Assembly: GCA_905181715.1 (NCBI GenBank)
Contig: CAJIYT010000013.1
Span: 10,942 to 74,941, forward strand
Reading direction: 5' to 3'
DNA length: 64,000 nt
DNA from: an uncultured Candidatus Poseidoniales archaeon
GTDB taxonomy: Archaea; Thermoplasmatota; Poseidoniia; Poseidoniales; Poseidoniaceae
Shown here: positions 26,709 through 36,000 of the stretch, piece after piece
Layout: each line of letters starts with the position of its first letter
How positions within the stretch are numbered: position 1 is the stretch's first letter
Position numbers and translations under genes: made by a program
The notes under the pieces: model-generated
The model's input: only the letters and a program-made list of their open reading frames with translations
What the model was told of the DNA's origin: nothing
The model's database searches: none

Positions 26709-28058
26709 ATGTCCTTCTGCCCACTAGATTACCGCTACGGCTGTGAAGATTTCAAACAGATCTGGTCTGAACTTGGTCGTCATGAAAGACAGTTGGAGGT
26801 CGAAAGGGCTCTAATTTGGGCTCACAAAGAGATGGGTCGTGTAAGCCAAGAGGATTACGACATCGTTGCTAGTATCGCTAATCCTGAGAAGGTCACCAAG
26901 GAGAGGGTGTCAGAAATCGAGGCGGAGACACGTCACGACATAATGGCCTTGACCAAGGCTATGGCTGAAGCAGCAGGAGAGGCTGGATGGTGTATACATC
27001 TTGGCGCAACCTCGAATGACATTGTCGATACTGCAGTCGGTTTGCAATTACGCGACTCAATTATTTTACTCAGGGAGGTCCTATGCAAGCTTATCTCGGT
27101 AACAGCCGATCTTTCTGAAAGAGAACGTAGTACTGTAATGCTTGGACGAACCCATGGCCAAGCAGCGGTACCAATCACCTTTGGTCTAAAGGCAGCGGTT
27201 TGGCTCGATGAGATGCGGCGCCAACTAGTCCGTCTTGACGAAGCGAGTCCACGTATCTCGGTTGGCAAGTTCCTCGGTGCCGTCGGTACCGGAGCAGCCC
27301 AAGGCGACGGCGCTAGGGAATTACAACGCCTAATTTTGACACATCTCGGCTTAGGCGTTCCATTGGTTACCACTCAAGTTGTAGGACGTGACCGCTATGT
27401 AGAATACGTATCATGGCTTGCAAATGTCGCTTGTACATGTGAGAAGGTATTACAGGAAGTTCGTAATCTTCAGCGTTCAGAAATAGCGGAAGCCGGTGAA
27501 GGTTTTGATGTGAAAAAGCAGGTCGGCTCTTCAACCATGGCCCATAAGAAAAACCCCATAAAAAGTGAGAATGCATCCGGTCTTGCTCGGATTGTGCGCT
27601 CTTTTATCATACCCACTTATGAGAACGCCTTACTCTGGCACGAGAGGGATTTAGCTAACTCTAGTGCTGAGAGGTTCACTCTTTCTCACGCATCAGCACT
27701 CTGTGAAGATGTGATGGCAAAGACCTGTGATGTCTTGACAAATCTGTGGGTTGATAGCGAACGTATGCTCGCCAATATCGCTAGCCAAAAAGGACTGGTA
27801 ATGGCAGAGAAGGTGATGATCGATTTGGTGTCACACGGAATAGGCAGGGACGAAGCCCATGAAATTCTTAGAACCGCTTCCTTTGAAGCTATTTCTACAG
27901 GTGAAGAATTAATTGATATCTGTTCGCGTACACCAGCGATATCTGCTGCATTCTCCGCTGAAGAACTTGAAGCCATGTTCGATCCGGCAAATCATATCGG
28001 TGTTTCACTGGAATTGGTAGACGAAGCCGTTGCATTAGCGCGTGCTTCTATTCAGTGA
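26709..28058 (+). CDS. purB: adenylosuccinate lyase
   Basis: Fumarate-lyase signature GSSTMAHKKNP. It is PurB-like throughout (PLDYRYG..., TSNDIVDTA). Confidence 0.9.
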   Translation: MSFCPLDYRYGCEDFKQIWSELGRHERQLEVERALIWAHKEMGRVSQEDYDIVASIANPEKVTKERVSEIEAETRHDIMALTKAMAEAAGEAGWCIHLGATSNDIVDTAVGLQLRDSIILLREVLCKLISVTADLSERERSTVMLGRTHGQAAVPITFGLKAAVWLDEMRRQLVRLDEASPRISVGKFLGAVGTGAAQGDGARELQRLILTHLGLGVPLVTTQVVGRDRYVEYVSWLANVACTCEKVLQEVRNLQRSEIAEAGEGFDVKKQVGSSTMAHKKNPIKSENASGLARIVRSFIIPTYENALLWHERDLANSSAERFTLSHASALCEDVMAKTCDVLTNLWVDSERMLANIASQKGLVMAEKVMIDLVSHGIGRDEAHEILRTASFEAISTGEELIDICSRTPAISAAFSAEELEAMFDPANHIGVSLELVDEAVALARASIQ

Positions 28059-28508
28059 TTAGTCAGTATTGCTTTCATCGACTGGCTGCATCACCAATCT
28101 AATGATTATAATTGCGATAATTGTTGATAACAAAAATGCAATTCCTATGTATTCCGAAAGGTTATACCATAGTAGAAACGCTCCACTCAAGGAAAGATAG
28201 GATACCACTTGACACAATGCCGATACCCTTTGAAGTAGCAAAACCTGACGCTTGGAAGCCGTATCCGACTGTTCAAGTAAAAATGTGTAGATCATGAAAA
28301 ATAAACCTTGAAAGGGTAAGGCAGCAGCAATTATTGTTAGTGCTAATTCTCTATGGATAGACGGTCTACTTTCCTGCTCAATTCCCTGGAATAGCATTAA
28401 TGCGGTATTTGTTCCAAGTAAAGCGGCCATTATTGTCCAACGCTTATCTTGCGAGGAAGTAAGACTCTCAACATTAACCGAACCTTCTCCCATGATTGCC
28501 AAAGACAA
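28059..28508 (-). CDS. hypothetical 4-TM membrane protein
   Basis: 149 aa with four hydrophobic segments. No recognisable family. Confidence 0.45.
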   Translation of the reverse strand: MSLAIMGEGSVNVESLTSSQDKRWTIMAALLGTNTALMLFQGIEQESRPSIHRELALTIIAAALPFQGLFFMIYTFLLEQSDTASKRQVLLLQRVSALCQVVSYLSLSGAFLLWYNLSEYIGIAFLLSTIIAIIIIRLVMQPVDESNTD

Positions 28509-28538
28509 GAGAAGGGGATTGAACCTTTCCGCAAAAAA

Positions 28539-28757
28539 TCAGCGTAGGAGGTATAGTAGAGTGCCAGTAGCCAAAGCCACAACAAAGAGTAAGATGATCA
28601 TCCCATGAGGTCCGTATTGATTGCGATCATCAAGTGCGGTACCGAATAAACCATCACGTGAAATCGCTGCCATCAGACCACCTTCGACTTCATCGAATTG
28701 GGGTAAGGGGCGGCGTGGGATTCGTTCTCCTTTACGGATCTCGGTTTCATCAGCCAT
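28539..28757 (-). CDS. hypothetical 72-aa tail-anchored membrane protein
   Basis: An internal ATG at 28757 in track ORF 28539-29159. The upstream part of that ORF is antisense to the CBS gene and looks spurious. The product has a soluble N-terminal part and a single C-terminal TM (GMIILLFVVALATGTLLYLL). Confidence 0.4.
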   Translation of the reverse strand: MADETEIRKGERIPRRPLPQFDEVEGGLMAAISRDGLFGTALDDRNQYGPHGMIILLFVVALATGTLLYLLR

Positions 28758-28809
28758 AATTAACCGACATGGGGCCAACACATATTTCTGTCGCCTATCT
28801 AAAGGGAAA

Positions 28810-28817
28810 TTAATAAA
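28810..28817 (+). promoter_or_regulatory. TATA-box-like element (TTAATAAA) about 26 nt upstream of ATG 28840, suggesting a leaderless or short-leader transcript
   Basis: AT-rich octamer in the 82-nt divergent intergenic region. The spacing fits an archaeal TATA-to-TSS distance. No experimental support. Confidence 0.3.
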
Positions 28818-28839
28818 CATACAACATATAGCGTATGTT

Positions 28840-29394
28840 ATGGAAGGACCTACTATCTCAGATATGTCGATTACGGATGAACACATTGTCGTTGATGGAA
28901 AAGCTACTGTATCATCTGTTGCTGGCAATTTAGCCAAAAGCCCGAACGACGCCATTCTAATCAAGGACAAAGGCGGCGTTGTCTCTGGAGTAGTCACTAC
29001 CAAAGATATTTTTGGGGCAATATCAGAAGGTGTCAATATCATGAAAGTGAAGTTCGAGAAGATAATGCGAACCAATCTGCTAACAGCACCGCCAAATCTA
29101 CCATTGACTGAAGCAATCGATATGATTGCTAAGCAAGGTCCTGATGCGATAATAATCATGGATGGTCCACAATTCGTCGGTTACTTCTCTCCCGATGACT
29201 ATCGCGACGCAACTCGTCGTATCGAAGCACATCAAACAATGATGTCTAGACTTTCGAAGTCAAAGAACGCTCTCGATGCTGCCGCAAGCAGCGCTCCCGC
29301 CGAAGATGAAGATGAAACATCAGACTTACTTGGTGTACTTCTCGGCGGTATCGAGGACGAAGAAGATGATGGATTTGGCGAAGTCTCTCTGTGA
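28840..29394 (+). CDS. CBS-pair domain protein with acidic C-terminal tail
   Basis: Two CBS repeats (VSGVVTTKDIFGAI; FVGYFSPDDY). ATG 28840 lies within track ORF 28621-29394. The tail is EDEDETSD...EDEEDD. Confidence 0.75.
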   Translation: MEGPTISDMSITDEHIVVDGKATVSSVAGNLAKSPNDAILIKDKGGVVSGVVTTKDIFGAISEGVNIMKVKFEKIMRTNLLTAPPNLPLTEAIDMIAKQGPDAIIIMDGPQFVGYFSPDDYRDATRRIEAHQTMMSRLSKSKNALDAAASSAPAEDEDETSDLLGVLLGGIEDEEDDGFGEVSL

Positions 29395-29401
29395 TTAGGG
29401 T

Positions 29402-29971
29402 GTGGGTCTAATGTTCACCCCTTCACTTGATAATCGTATTATTCATCTTGCAGTTCAAGGTAGATGTGGTGGTAGCACCATGGGATTGCAATTAGCAATG
29501 CAGGCGATATCGGGAGGGGGCCGAGTTGTGTGGGCCTATCATGATCTACCAGATAGTGCACGTTTCTCGCAAATATTTTCTGAACTATCGCCAGCAGATT
29601 CATCACGATTCCACGCAATAAATATCTCCGGAGATGTTTCTCAAGCCTTTGAAAGAGTAACTTCTGCCATCACTATGCTACCAGATGTACAATTGCTGGT
29701 CATGGATGATTGGATTGAAAAAACAGGGCGTGTCGGTAAAAAATATACCGAGGCAATTGCAAAAGTAATTGCGAAAAGAGGTCAATGCTCTCTTTTCTTA
29801 ATCTCTAAAGGCGGTGAATCAATGAAGAAGGAAATTCCACTCAACGCTAGAGGTGCCAACAAGGACATGGAAGTTTGGTTATTGACTAAACCCAAAGACG
29901 GCATTGAAAGAGTTTTGACTCTACCTCAAGAGGAGATAATACTTAATCTGAAAGAAGAAGGTTTCTTCTGA
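29402..29971 (+). CDS. RecA/KaiC-superfamily-like protein with degenerate Walker A
   Basis: HLAVQGRCGGSTMGLQLA resembles a Walker A motif lacking the Lys (GGST in place of GKT/S). LLVMDDW is Walker-B-like. 189 aa; starts at GTG 29402 or ATG 29411. Confidence 0.4.
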   Translation: MGLMFTPSLDNRIIHLAVQGRCGGSTMGLQLAMQAISGGGRVVWAYHDLPDSARFSQIFSELSPADSSRFHAINISGDVSQAFERVTSAITMLPDVQLLVMDDWIEKTGRVGKKYTEAIAKVIAKRGQCSLFLISKGGESMKKEIPLNARGANKDMEVWLLTKPKDGIERVLTLPQEEIILNLKEEGFF

Positions 29972-29972
29972 T

Positions 29973-30212
29973 TCAATCTTCGTCTTCTTCACCGAGTAAA
30001 TCAGCCATCTCTTGCAAAGCTTCAGCATCTGGCTCTTCAAATTGCTCGGGGTTCTGTGCAGATCCAGATATTTCGTCCTCTCCTGCAATCTTTGGTGCAT
30101 TTGCTTGACGTGCACTCTCAAGATTTTGTTTTCCTTTGTTGGTCATGAACCAAATCATTCCCGCGAGTGTCAATCCAAGAAGGACATATACCAATATCTC
30201 TGCTGTCTCCAT
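29973..30212 (-). CDS. hypothetical 79-aa single-pass membrane protein with acidic tail
   Basis: N-terminal TM (ILVYVLLGLTLAGMIWFM) followed by an E/D-rich soluble tail ending EEDED. Confidence 0.4.
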   Translation of the reverse strand: METAEILVYVLLGLTLAGMIWFMTNKGKQNLESARQANAPKIAGEDEISGSAQNPEQFEEPDAEALQEMADLLGEEDED

Positions 30213-30235
30213 GTTCTTGCCACCACTGCGCTAGT

Positions 30236-31369
30236 CTATACTATTTCCCTTGCTAAATGCCTTCTGCAATCGAAAGGAGGTTGAGTCCAACCTGACGAAG
30301 GAGGGATTCTCTCAGTTACAATCCATTGTCGGTTTTGGATATTTTTACAATTAGGACAGCGTACACCCTGTCCTTTCCCCATCGACTTCATTCTCTTGCC
30401 ACAATCACAAGTAGGCCTCTGCTTACTAGTGGCACTAAGGAGTTTCAAACCCTCTAGGTGAATTACCCCATCCCGGTCTTGAAGCCCGAGATACTCGATT
30501 TCATCTCCACATTGCAACCATTGCGCTAGAATATTCATCTCACCACCTTCCGAAAAGGAGACCAGATTATCTAATTCAGTCTCAATTGTGGTATGACCAC
30601 CTTTGAGTGTGGCTACTGCATTGACCTTTGCAGTAAATGATGATTCTAGATGATCTCCACTGGCTTGATTGGTGGCAAAGGTTCGACAGGCTAACACCGG
30701 TGCAGTGTCCTTTGCCACAATCAGTACCTCTGCTGCATTTGCGGCAGCCTGTTGACTCGTTGCTCTAATTCCAAACATAACAGGGCAAGGACCTCTTGGT
30801 GCAATTAACCCGCGCTTACTCCTTGGGTCGCGGCAAAGGAATGTCTCTGGCCATGAATCAACTTCAGCAAGCGCTATTTCATCGACTTTCCTCTCCTTTA
30901 CTCGCCAGGCAATAGATTCCCAAGTGCAAATATTTGCTGGCCATGCACAAGCTGCGCTGGCTCCGATGCATCCATGGCCACCCCAGGTCTTGACAGCCGG
31001 AGGTAAATCTGCAACCTCCTGGCGAACCGCTCGCCAATAAAATTCAGAATCCGGTTGTTCAGCGAATAATACCATTCCCGGGTCGGCGGGATGTTGATCC
31101 CGATCATCATGATTGGAAGATGAAACCGCTCCACGTAAGGGTAATATTACCCTCTGCCAATAATCATCCAAGAAGTCTATAATCTCCTCATCACAGTCGA
31201 TTTCCACCGCTAAAGCAGCATTTCCGCGCGTACGCTGAGCTGCAAATGGCCATAGCCTGACTAGCCTTGGCTCAGAATAAGAACAGGGTAAAGACTCAAG
31301 CAATTTATGAAATTCTAGAGTAGTACAACCACCTTCTAAGTGATCGGTGTCATCCAGTCCTAACCACAT
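30236..31369 (-). CDS. tiaS: tRNA(Ile2) 2-agmatinylcytidine synthetase TiaS
   Basis: MWLGLDDTDHLEGGCTT N-terminal signature of TiaS/DUF1743, plus an OB-like middle and a C-terminal ribbon CDCG...CPNC. Confidence 0.8.
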   Translation of the reverse strand: MWLGLDDTDHLEGGCTTLEFHKLLESLPCSYSEPRLVRLWPFAAQRTRGNAALAVEIDCDEEIIDFLDDYWQRVILPLRGAVSSSNHDDRDQHPADPGMVLFAEQPDSEFYWRAVRQEVADLPPAVKTWGGHGCIGASAACAWPANICTWESIAWRVKERKVDEIALAEVDSWPETFLCRDPRSKRGLIAPRGPCPVMFGIRATSQQAAANAAEVLIVAKDTAPVLACRTFATNQASGDHLESSFTAKVNAVATLKGGHTTIETELDNLVSFSEGGEMNILAQWLQCGDEIEYLGLQDRDGVIHLEGLKLLSATSKQRPTCDCGKRMKSMGKGQGVRCPNCKNIQNRQWIVTERIPPSSGWTQPPFDCRRHLAREIV

Positions 31370-32005
31370 TCAATTCACCGGTTTGAATTCATCTCCGTCC
31401 TCGCCCGTGATGATACGTTCGATAACCTCGGACAGGCCAGTGTGTGCGTCCACCTTGAACAGTCTTGCGCCGATTGCCCAACCTGCACCCATATCAGTAC
31501 CTCTATCTCCTACCATCAGATCCAATGGATTGATTGGTTGTGGCTTAGTACCCCACCAATCGAAACTCGAATGTGAACTATTGCGAAGAATCTGTGAAGC
31601 TTGGATTAGCATTCCAGGATGCGGTTTGCGACAATTGCAACCCTCGCCATAAGAATGCGGGCAGGTCATGATTATGTCGAGGTGAGCATCTTCATCTATT
31701 GCCAATAACATCGAACGTAGAGTCGAATGAATCCGCTTAAGATTTGATTCACCCCACATCCCCTTGGATATCGCTGATTGATTAGTAACTACAGCAATTC
31801 TATATCCTGCGTGACGTAAAGCCGATATTGATTCAGCACACCCATCTAACAAGATTAATTCTTCTGGTGAATTGATATATCCAGCCTTACCGAGATTTAG
31901 GACACCATCACGGTCGAGAAATGCGATTGCACCATTCCATTCCACAGGCATTGGGCAAGGGACCTGATCACAAATCGCCGCGTCCATAAACGGTGGGCAA
32001 TGCAA
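31370..32005 (-). CDS. HAD-IIIA phosphatase, GmhB/histidinol-phosphatase-like
   Basis: FLDRDGVLN (motif I), VVTNQS (motif II), Zn site CPHSYGEGCNCRKPHPGM, and MVGDRGTDMGAG (motif IV). The likely start is ATG 31951 (MPVEWNGAIAFLDRDG). The stop abuts the tiaS start. Confidence 0.75.
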   Translation of the reverse strand: MHCPPFMDAAICDQVPCPMPVEWNGAIAFLDRDGVLNLGKAGYINSPEELILLDGCAESISALRHAGYRIAVVTNQSAISKGMWGESNLKRIHSTLRSMLLAIDEDAHLDIIMTCPHSYGEGCNCRKPHPGMLIQASQILRNSSHSSFDWWGTKPQPINPLDLMVGDRGTDMGAGWAIGARLFKVDAHTGLSEVIERIITGEDGDEFKPVN

Positions 32006-32012
32006 GAAGTAC

Positions 32013-33017
32013 TTGTCTATTCAGGCGAAGGCTGATTACAGAGGCCATAATCGAAACATCGTGTTCGTCGACAGGTCACTCGCAACATTGCTCGGCGCGC
32101 TTGGTATGCTCATACTTGGTGTGACCTGGCATTCGCGTAGCGCATTTATGCAGCGCTTCTCGCCTTTAGGTTGGATATTGACGGGTTTCTTTTTCTTCAA
32201 CGATACCAGCACATATATCGAAAAATCAGATATGGTACTTACTATCATGTCAGCTGCATGTCTTCCGGCTGCTATCGGTATTTCGATTTGGGAGAAAAAG
32301 AGTGTTCGAAAAGAGGAATCTGAAGCACTGCATTGGTTCCGTGGTGCTATTTTCTATGCGGGTTTCCCCTACATGCTGATAGCACATGTTCCATGGTTGA
32401 ATGTCTTGGCTATTTGGTTTGTCGCTTGGCAATCAGGCCTGTTTCTATCTTTTGCTGGTTTAGATGGAATCACTATGGGAGAGACCATGGTAAATACGAC
32501 AACTGGTTCAATACCATGGGCTGAATGGACTGGGAATAAGTGGTTTATTGCCCAGCCCATGGCAGAGCATCCATTCCATACCGAGTTATTGATGGCAGAT
32601 GGTTCAGCACTCGGAATCAATTTTGTTCTTGCCTGCACCGCGATTCAATCGATGATTATTTTCGTAGGAGCAACCGTTGTTTTGGATATCGATGTACGTA
32701 AGAGAATCCGTGCATTAATCATAACGTTGCCAGTTATTCACATCCTCAACCTATTCCGCAACGCTGGTTTGATTTGGTTACATCATACCTATGAAGGTTG
32801 GAATTGGCTGGGCTTATCCATGTTTGACTTCGGTCATCTATATGCGGCTAGAGTAGCATCCTTGGCAGCCATGTTCTTGATGGCGATAATACTCTTTGAA
32901 TTATTGCCAACACTTCATCGCAACGTATTGGTTCTCATGTCACCACTTGGTGTTGATGCGGGACTTCCTGAGATTCAAGACCAAGAATCATCTGGTGATG
33001 ATCTGCTCCAAGTCTGA
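32013..33017 (+). CDS. exosortase/archaeosortase-family polytopic membrane protein (tentative)
   Basis: About 8 TM. The candidate catalytic Cys is in FVLACTAIQSMIIF, followed by ILNLFRNAGLIWL (Arg) and FDFGHLYAARV, in the order expected for exosortase/archaeosortase. Start uncertain (TTG 32013 or GTG 32061). The 3' end overlaps the convergent surface-protein gene by 43 nt. Confidence 0.45.
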   Translation: MSIQAKADYRGHNRNIVFVDRSLATLLGALGMLILGVTWHSRSAFMQRFSPLGWILTGFFFFNDTSTYIEKSDMVLTIMSAACLPAAIGISIWEKKSVRKEESEALHWFRGAIFYAGFPYMLIAHVPWLNVLAIWFVAWQSGLFLSFAGLDGITMGETMVNTTTGSIPWAEWTGNKWFIAQPMAEHPFHTELLMADGSALGINFVLACTAIQSMIIFVGATVVLDIDVRKRIRALIITLPVIHILNLFRNAGLIWLHHTYEGWNWLGLSMFDFGHLYAARVASLAAMFLMAIILFELLPTLHRNVLVLMSPLGVDAGLPEIQDQESSGDDLLQV

Positions 33018-36000
33018 CCACTACCACTAGGCCATTCAATCGATTCATTACCATCGTCTCCAAGCATTCCCATCAGGTTTGCAGGAGGCTTTTCAACAGC
33101 TTCATCACCATCGAATAGATCGTTTAGGTTTAGGTCGATAGAGGCAGCTGGAATCGGTTGGCTGAGATTACCAACATCGATTGGCATCATTGCCATCTCA
33201 GATTCAGAAGATTGATTTTTGATATCCTCAGATGGTGACATTAGATTAGGTTCATCCATTCCTAGCATCACATCTGTCATCGAGTCGAAAGAAGTAGTGT
33301 CACTCCACGCTTCATCCTCACTATTCTTCTGACTGCGCATCGAAAATAGCATTATTGCAAGGAACACTATCAAGATTAGTCCAATTATTCCACCACCAGC
33401 GTAGACAAGATCGTTTGGGACGCTAGCAATTATATCGGAATTGTCACCAACACCGTCCCCATCGCTATCCTTTTGCTCAGTACCATCATCTGGGAATGCA
33501 TCTTCATCATCTGGTGTGCCATCTCCATCACGGTCAAAGGCACTGTAAGTTGTTGTACAAGCTAGTGATTCACGACTTACTTCAGCATCGGAGATTTTGG
33601 TATTGGCATCACGGTCAATAACCAAAAGGTTGAATTCATTGCTCCAAGACAAGGCAGAAAGGGCCTCGATGCCAACTTCATCAGCACCATATTGCTCAAA
33701 GACCAGTGTTATTTCATTGCTACAAGAACAAACTTCTTGCTTTAATTCTTGTAAACTGACCATGCCATCATCATTAAGATCTACTCTGACAAATATATCT
33801 TCGTCGATATCGTCTTGCCAAGCTTCATTTACGTCAAGTAGACCGTTTTCGTCTTTGTCACTAACAGTAAACACCTGCTCAGATATTTGTTGACAGGTTA
33901 GGATTGAAGTCGGTTCATCCTCCTTCGGTTCCGGTTCGACTAACCCGCCTTCTTCTTGCCAAGAAGCGATAATTGACACGCCACTAAAATCATCTATAGC
34001 TGTGACAGTGATATCGAACCTTCCTGCTGCAGGTAGGAATATTTCTACGGATTGTCCAGTTCCATCGCCTTCACTTACTTCCATTATTTCTTGACCCTGG
34101 GTATTTTGTCGACCTGGGCCACCACCCATGCCTTCATCGTCAAAAACGAATTGTCTTCGCTCACCTTCGACGGTGATGAGTAGAGACCCTTGACCTGCAA
34201 ATGTTTTGATGCTCAATTGATTACCAGGTTCAACTAATGTCACATAGAATAACAATTCTTCTCCGGCAGGGGCTTCAAGACCTTGCATTTCATCGTCAGA
34301 ATATAATTCCAATGGTAAACCATCGTATTCCCACACATATAAATCCTCAAAAGAGGCTGTAATGAATACGTTTGAAAATACCTTTTGAGATGTTATCATG
34401 ATATTCCAGCGGCCTGGAGTTGGGTTGTTAAAACCAATTTTATCATTTGAGTCAGGGGCAGCAGATGCATGATCAAAGGTTAATTGAGTAGGAACTAATT
34501 CATGACGCATGTATATTGTTGCTTCACCAAAGCCCTTGGCTAGGTCGACTTCCAATCGCTCTACCCCCGTGGTAACTTCGATGTAAAAGTGCTGTTCTAA
34601 GCCGGAATAGCCTGTCATCGGTCCATGTTCAATACCATCGGTTAATTCAATTGCATCCTCAGGATCAACATTTGTTGGAGCATAGGTGAAATCTGCTTGG
34701 ATACTTACTTCACTGAAACGGCCATATCCTTGAACCACAATATAGTAAATGCCAGGTTCCGCAGCAAAGAGATGTACAGATTCCTCTGGACCGGGGTTAG
34801 TCGATTGATCTAGGGTTTTAGTTGAAGAAGCATCTTGACTAATTTCCTCTGTAATCCCTATGTCAATAAAATCATCATTGATTCCGATTTGACTTGTTGA
34901 AGGGATGTAATCTTTCTGAATATACAAGTCAGCATTGCCCCTTCCTCCAAATGTTTTAACCTGTAATTCCGAAAGATTATCTTTCAAGTCGACATAGAAA
35001 TATTGCACATTTTCAGCACTATTACCATTATTTATGGATTTTAAACCTGTTACAGCCACTCCGTCATTTAATTCAGTCATCTCTTCTAGTGGTGGGGGAA
35101 CCGCGGCTTCTTGCCATGATGCACCGATTGTTATTTCGGGGATGTCCGATTCTGATGTTAGCACAATCCACCAAGTTCCATTGTCTGGCATCGACCATTG
35201 CTCCGATAGATAGAACCACTCAGATTGAATGTGCTTATCGTGCTCCCATGGTGATGGGATGTAGCCATTTGCGACGTAGATTTCTACTCCTTGAGATTCG
35301 AAACCTCCTCCTCCTTGTCCCCATCCGCCTGTCCACGATTGTAGAGTAAGGGAAAGTGTATTGTCCGGTATTTCAAGATAGAATAACAATGTCTTATTTT
35401 TGGAAATATCCGGTAGATCAAGGAATTCATCATTCTCCAGTTTCACAGCTTGAGCGACAATTCCGCCATCTGGCATAACCCAAGCGGCGCCGTTAATGAT
35501 TCCCTCTCTACTATTCTCATCAAAAGTAGAAGTACCCTCGCCTTCGTTAAAGGTCCAATTGCTAAATTTATTCCAGAAAACTTCCGCAGCCTCTTCGCCA
35601 TTGCCATATGAAGAGTAAGGTGAAATGGCGACATCATCTATCATGCCAGCAAAATGGTTACAATCACAGGCAGCACCCATTCTTCCGATGTATAACTCGT
35701 CACAAGTATCATTGTTCTCATAGCAGCTATTTGAGCCAAAATCTCCAGTTGGAATCTTTGCATCCTCGGAGGATATATTGCCTGCAAATTCATCATCGAT
35801 GAAGAATTTACCACCTCCATTACCCGGATATATGTCTACTCTAACTTTGACCCAATCATCACTCGGAATCGTCAAATTAGATTGTGGGTGTTTTGAGAGG
35901 CTATATTCACTGGCATAAGCGAGTTTATCGCCATCGAGGTATAGACCCCAGCCATAATCACCTTTCATGGTGATGAATTGCTTTCCTTCCAATTCAAAAG

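Noticed and set aside
26678-26710. C-box-like TGATGA in the dph6-purB spacer (possible C/D sRNA)
   Set aside because: The TGATGA overlaps the dph6 stop codon. No D box (CTGA), C'/D' pair or terminal stem is present, and the spacer is only 25 nt.
28758-29159. N-terminal two-thirds of the 206-aa minus-strand ORF 28539-29159
   Set aside because: It is antisense to the well-supported CBS-domain gene. Only the last 72 codons (from ATG 28757) look like a plausible independent gene.
33330-33410. PGF-CTERM-like archaeosortase signal in the adhesin (YAGGG + TM + RSQK)
   Set aside because: The TM is followed by about 130 further residues and does not end the protein. The motif is not PGF/PEF/VPXXXP either. 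It is kept only as a caveat in the archaeosortase finding.
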